Shown: one piece after another, positions 59,402 to 64,000 of the stretch
Position numbering within the stretch: the stretch's first letter is position 1
How the letters are laid out: each line of letters opens with the position of its first letter
Assembly (NCBI GenBank): GCA_950097015.1
Contig: CATNEN010000007.1
Span: forward strand, 1-64,000
Direction of reading: 5' to 3'
DNA from: Macrostomum hystrix
Taxonomy: Eukaryota > Animalia > Platyhelminthes
Length of the DNA stretch: 64,000 nucleotides
Notes under the pieces: generated by a model
Databases searched by the model: none
What the model saw: only the letters and a program-made list of their open reading frames with translations
What the model was told of the DNA's origin: nothing
Program-made: the position numbers and the translations under genes

Positions 59402-60689
59402 GGCTAGCGATCAGACTATCAGGCAGCGTGAGCCGACCCACCGCAGCTGCTGAGCTCTTCCACCTGCCGCTGTCGTCAGCGTCTTCTTACTTCGCCAACT
59501 CACAAGCTTTGGAGTCAAACGAGCAGTTCTTTATTGTTTGCGCATGACAACATTGAGCTGGCGAGCTGATCTGCTGACGTTATTAACTTTGTCTATTATC
59601 CGGATTTGATTTTACAACCCTAGATAAGTTTTTTATTTTTAGAGAATGATTTAAACAAATATTTCTGATATTATAAGATTTCCAATATTTGTTTTGCCGT
59701 CGGCAAACATGCCAATTTTCCTTGTTAAGGTAAATATAAATTGAGACACCTGCCGAAAAAGCAAATTTCACAATTTCTACATTGATTTTCGCCAAAGTGT
59801 TTTTGCAACGTCAGTAGCCAAGGAACTTTAATGTGTTCTTTCTTAGAATGTTCATTGTCTATCTGTTCCAATGCGCTTGATGCGGTTCCTGACGTAGGCA
59901 GGCACCACCATCAATAGCCACATATGAACCATGGCTTGAAATTTCACACAAATTGCGTTTATCTCTGAAATTCAATGTGGCACATGTCCCTGTACATGTA
60001 GTTGAGTGATTTGGAACTAGCTCGCACCGGCGGGACACAATGACGGTGAGGTATGAGTAGACCAGGCCCATGAGCTAAGATCTGCGATGCGTCACTCCTG
60101 CAGCCACCTTTTGAGCAGGTTTTTGCAGCTAGTAGGGTGCCTTGTGCCTCCCAGCGCAGAAATCCCTCAACGCTGTCCCTTCCAATGGGTACAAACTGGG
60201 TCAGTTTAAGCGCTTGATGGGCGTTGCCTCGGACCTCTCACCTGAGTCTTAAGGTACATCTGGCTACGGCTCTAAGGGAAAGGTATCACATTTCCACCTT
60301 AACAGTATATGCGACCAGTCCGCAGCGTTCGCCCTACCTGTGCGTGATCAGGTGCCTCTGGTTTCGGCTCTGAGGGAATGGTGTCACTTTCTGACCTTAC
60401 AGGGTTAAAGTACAGGTTTTGACCTTACAGGTACAGGTACGCAGCTTGCTGCTGGTTTTCACCATACCTGGCTGGTCTCATCATCTATGGCCTCTACTAA
60501 TGCCAACTGTGAAACTGGTACTGAAGCTCCCTCCCCATGAACCCGGCCTCCTTCGGGAACCGCCACCGCGGTGGAGCACCTCGCGCCGAGCAGAAAGACG
60601 TCTGGACCCTCGGCAACAGACGCCTCTTCTTCTCGACACCGCAAGCAGGGCGCGCTGAGGATACGCCAACTGACAATGCGGCCGCTACC

Positions 60690-61720
60690 TAGGAAACGTC
60701 TGCACCTTCCACCAAGGCCAAGCTCCCAGCGCTCTAACCCGCCATTTATCATCTGCAGCCAAGAGCGCGATCTGACGGTCGAGCAAGTCGAGAGTGTGTG
60801 GTGCACTGTCGATGCCGGCCTCGTCGACGCATGACCAAAGAAGGCCACCTGGTTAATGTGGTCAAGTCGCACAAAGATGTGGGAGGGCTGCATCCTACTC
60901 AGGTGTCAGTCTGGTGCAACACTCGCTACACCTGGACTCTCACGATGTCTGAGTGAGTGCCAAGTGCTACCTGATGCCTCACTCTCCGACCAAATTATGT
61001 TCATTTCCGCAGCACAGCTAAAATATCCTTGGAAGCGAAAAGCTAGGATCACTGATTGGGGGGGGATTTTAAAAGCTTCCTGGAAGAAACCCACGCTGTC
61101 ACTATAGTCTTTACTCAAGTGCTCCAGTCTTTACAAGGCCACCACGTGCCTTGGGACAGAAGAACTCGCATCCGCTATCACGGAATCGATTTCCACCGCC
61201 TTTGAGGCCGCCTGCCCCTTAACGCGCACAGAGGCAAATCACGAGCCCCGTGGTGGAACCTACAGCTTGGCGATCACCGTCGCAGGCGAAGAGGCTTTAA
61301 AACTACCGAAACTAAAAAAGCTGACCAAACTGCCCATCTCGAGACAATTCATGAGTTTAAAGGCAATGTGGGAATGCTAAATCCAAAAAAATTGGCTCAT
61401 TCGGAAAATCGGATCATTCTACTGGACGTCATGTACTGACGTCCAGCATCATCATGGAAGATAGAATAAAGAGCGCCGCGCTGACTTTCAAACATTTTAA
61501 GTCCCCAGGACCCGACGGCATTGTACCTGCCTCCCTCAGGGTGGCGGTTAAATGTCCTGGTTTCCTTAGGAATCTCTGTAAGATTCCTCTGCAAGGAATC
61601 TCACCAGCAGGAATGTCGAGTGGCTACTGCACCCGCTCACGCTGAACGGCAAGGATATTTCATTCCGCAAGCAAACAAAAAGTGTCTAGGAAGTCACCAC
61701 AGGCAATTATCTGCAGGACA
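60690..61720 (+). mobile_element. Decayed non-LTR retrotransposon fragment (endonuclease end to RT start; I-group/Loa-like by motif)
   Basis: Broken frames give SLSDQIMF, RITDWGG, ELASAITESISTAFEAACPL, FKSPGPDGIVPASL and YFIP. Multiple stops and frameshifts; boundaries approximate. Confidence 0.6.
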
Positions 61721-62476
61721 GCGCATGTTCAATCCAAAACTGAAAGGCCTTCGCAATCCTAGTGCAGCTGGCAGAACGTTAGGTATAACCTCACCCCAAA
61801 ACGGCAATATTAGTAACACCATCCAGGTCGATCCTATTTCGCAGTACCGATCTTGATCAGTGCCTTGCAAGCTAAGACCTGCCCGAGCCTCTAATTGCGA
61901 GTGCAGGGGCGAGCATGCCGAATCTTCCTGAATACCTGCGTCCTTTGATGGCTTCAACGATTTTCTCGACCTAATGCCCTACGGGCATCATATGGATGCA
62001 TATTCGGAAACTGCCCTCCGCCTTCTGGATGTTGCATGGACTCCGTTAAGTTTCAGGTTTCACAGCGAAAGCTTCTTCCGCACACAGACCTCTACCACTT
62101 TGGATATGGCAACAGTGTCATTTTGACGGTTAGCCGCGTACGCCCAACTACAAGTCCTGAGGTCCATGAGGTCCAATTACGTAGCGGTCTTGTGCTTCAT
62201 GTAAACAAAATACAAAGTTTCTATGCAGAAAAAATGAATAACACATATTACCTGAGAACCAACTTGTCTTTAAAAGACTTTTCTTTTAAAATATTTCTTG
62301 AAAAGAATACACCCGCATTATATTTGCATTGGAGTTTTCAAAGACCTGTCAACAGTCGAATAAAATTCCATTACAATTCGACGAGTTAAAGGGAGCTGTG
62401 TAACGGAAGTCTTAGCAAATTGACTCTTCGTTTATCCTTTTTCCTTGAGCTTAATCAAAAGACTAATATATTCATC

Positions 62477-64000
62477 ATGCCGTGGGGTTTCCAAACGTGT
62501 GGTCCTAATGAGGCCCTTGTTATTTCAGGCAAGTACTAGCTATTTTTAAATGATTTACTGTTTAGCTACTGTCCTGAATGAAGTAGGCCCCTAGTTTTTT
62601 ATTACCAATTTTTTTGATTTCGGCAAAAGTTTATTTAGATTAGGCCTCATTATCTAGCTATACTTGACTGTATAATACATGTTCGTGCTGACAGTGGTTG
62701 TTTAGCTTGCTAGCTAGTCATTTTTTATTAATTTTAGTAGGGCCTAAACTATGTTGGCCTATCTAGTATTTACTATTCAGTGAGGGCCACTGCTTTCGCT
62801 GCGGTTCGATTGTCATCAATTACATTAGTATGTCAAAAGTAGGCATCATTAGCAATTTTTTCTGTTTCTTGTGCTTTGATAATATAGCTCAAATAGTGTT
62901 GAGTGATTTGTAACTTTTTTCTCTTGTCAACAAGTTTACATACTATTAGCATTTTACATGTATATATTCTACCCACCTACATTGAGTATTAGGTATGCCA
63001 AGAATTCAGTGTGAGTTGTGACCAACCATGTACACCGAATTTGGCAGGCTGAATTTTGGGCATATAAAACAGATCCAAACTATGGGCTAGAGTTGGCTAG
63101 AGTTTTAAGTAACATTTTAAGTAAATTTCTATAAGTAAGTAAAGAAATTTGGGACAGTTAGCTATTTAATGTGACATACTTATTATATAGCTTTACTCAT
63201 TATCACATAGAAAAAATGATTTAATGGCTTAGGCTAGGAACTAATGAACACAATATATATTCATGATTATCTAAGACATTAATTATTGCTATATTTCTGT
63301 ATTGCTTTTTGCTTTTGTGAATATTTCTGCTATACATGCATAGACCTCTATTTATTTTAATAATAAAAAAGAAAAATACACTTAACCATAAGAATGTTTT
63401 GTATGTTAAATTTTCTACTAATCATTATATTATTTACATTGTTAGCACTTGTTTACATAGACTATAGTCACAATATTATTAGAAATTTCTTTTTTAGTAT
63501 CTTATTGCTATGTTAAATTCAACTATATGTTGTGTGTGACATATGTTATAGTTATATGTGATTGATAACATGTGATTTTGTATTGTTATTAAGAAAATGA
63601 TAATGGTAGTTATTTTTTAGTGTCTAACTATTCAGATCTGGTGATGTCATTTTTTGGGCTACATTTAATGAATGTTTATTACAATTTAGTCAATTGACAA
63701 TTATATAAATTTATATTTCAATGTCTTTTTTTGCCTATCAAAAAACAGGCTGTTGCCATGGCAAGCCCATGTACATACCTGGCGGCAGGAAATTTGTTCT
63801 GCCTGGTATTCAACAGGTGCAACGCATCTCCCTGAACACCATGACCATCACAATTGAATCGCCAAGAATCTACACTCAGCTTGGCGTGCCAGTGACAGTC
63901 ACCGGCGTGGCTCAGCTGCGCATCAAGGGCCAGAATCAGGACATGCTGGCGGCCGCCTGCGAACAGTTTTCTAGGAAAAACTGAGCACGAAATCACCGAG
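62477..64000 (+). CDS. FLOT1: Flotillin-1, 5' part (exons 62477-62528 and 63749 to window end)
   Basis: MPWGFQTCGPNEALVISG|CCHGKPMYIPGGRKFVLPGIQQVQRISLNTMT...GVPVTVTGVAQ...MLAAACEQF. GC donor (GCAAGT) at 62529. One extra T at 63967-63970 shifts the frame; its removal restores FLGKTEHEI. Confidence 0.93.

Noticed and set aside
62036-62389. 117-aa ORF with HEVQLRSGLVLHVNKI, reminiscent of an integrase C-terminal fragment
   Set aside because: Single weak motif, no LTR or other pol remnants nearby; lies in the flotillin upstream region.

Overview
This is eukaryotic, intron-containing, minisatellite-rich DNA. Its style suggests a free-living flatworm such as Macrostomum (inference only). I rebuilt gene models by hand from splice sites and reading frames. 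Left half (3.9-30 kb): a cluster of five TNF-superfamily-like ligand genes carrying six TNF-homology domains. One is a secreted protein with two tandem domains, two are intronless type II membrane genes, and one has two compensating frameshifts. The cluster is interrupted by large satellites and a very young full-length Ty3/Gypsy element with one in-frame stop. Right half: a GT32 (DXD) glycosyltransferase, an innexin, a Mab-21/cGAS-like protein with a degenerate catalytic motif, nicalin, a complete gene for a secreted ~459-aa almost pure Asp/Glu protein, a decayed LINE and the 5' end of flotillin-1 (GC-AG intron). There are also two tRNA-derived SINE families, a MITE and about 20 distinct tandem repeats. 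No rRNA, bona fide tRNA or CRISPR array was found. All family assignments are by motif recognition, not database search.
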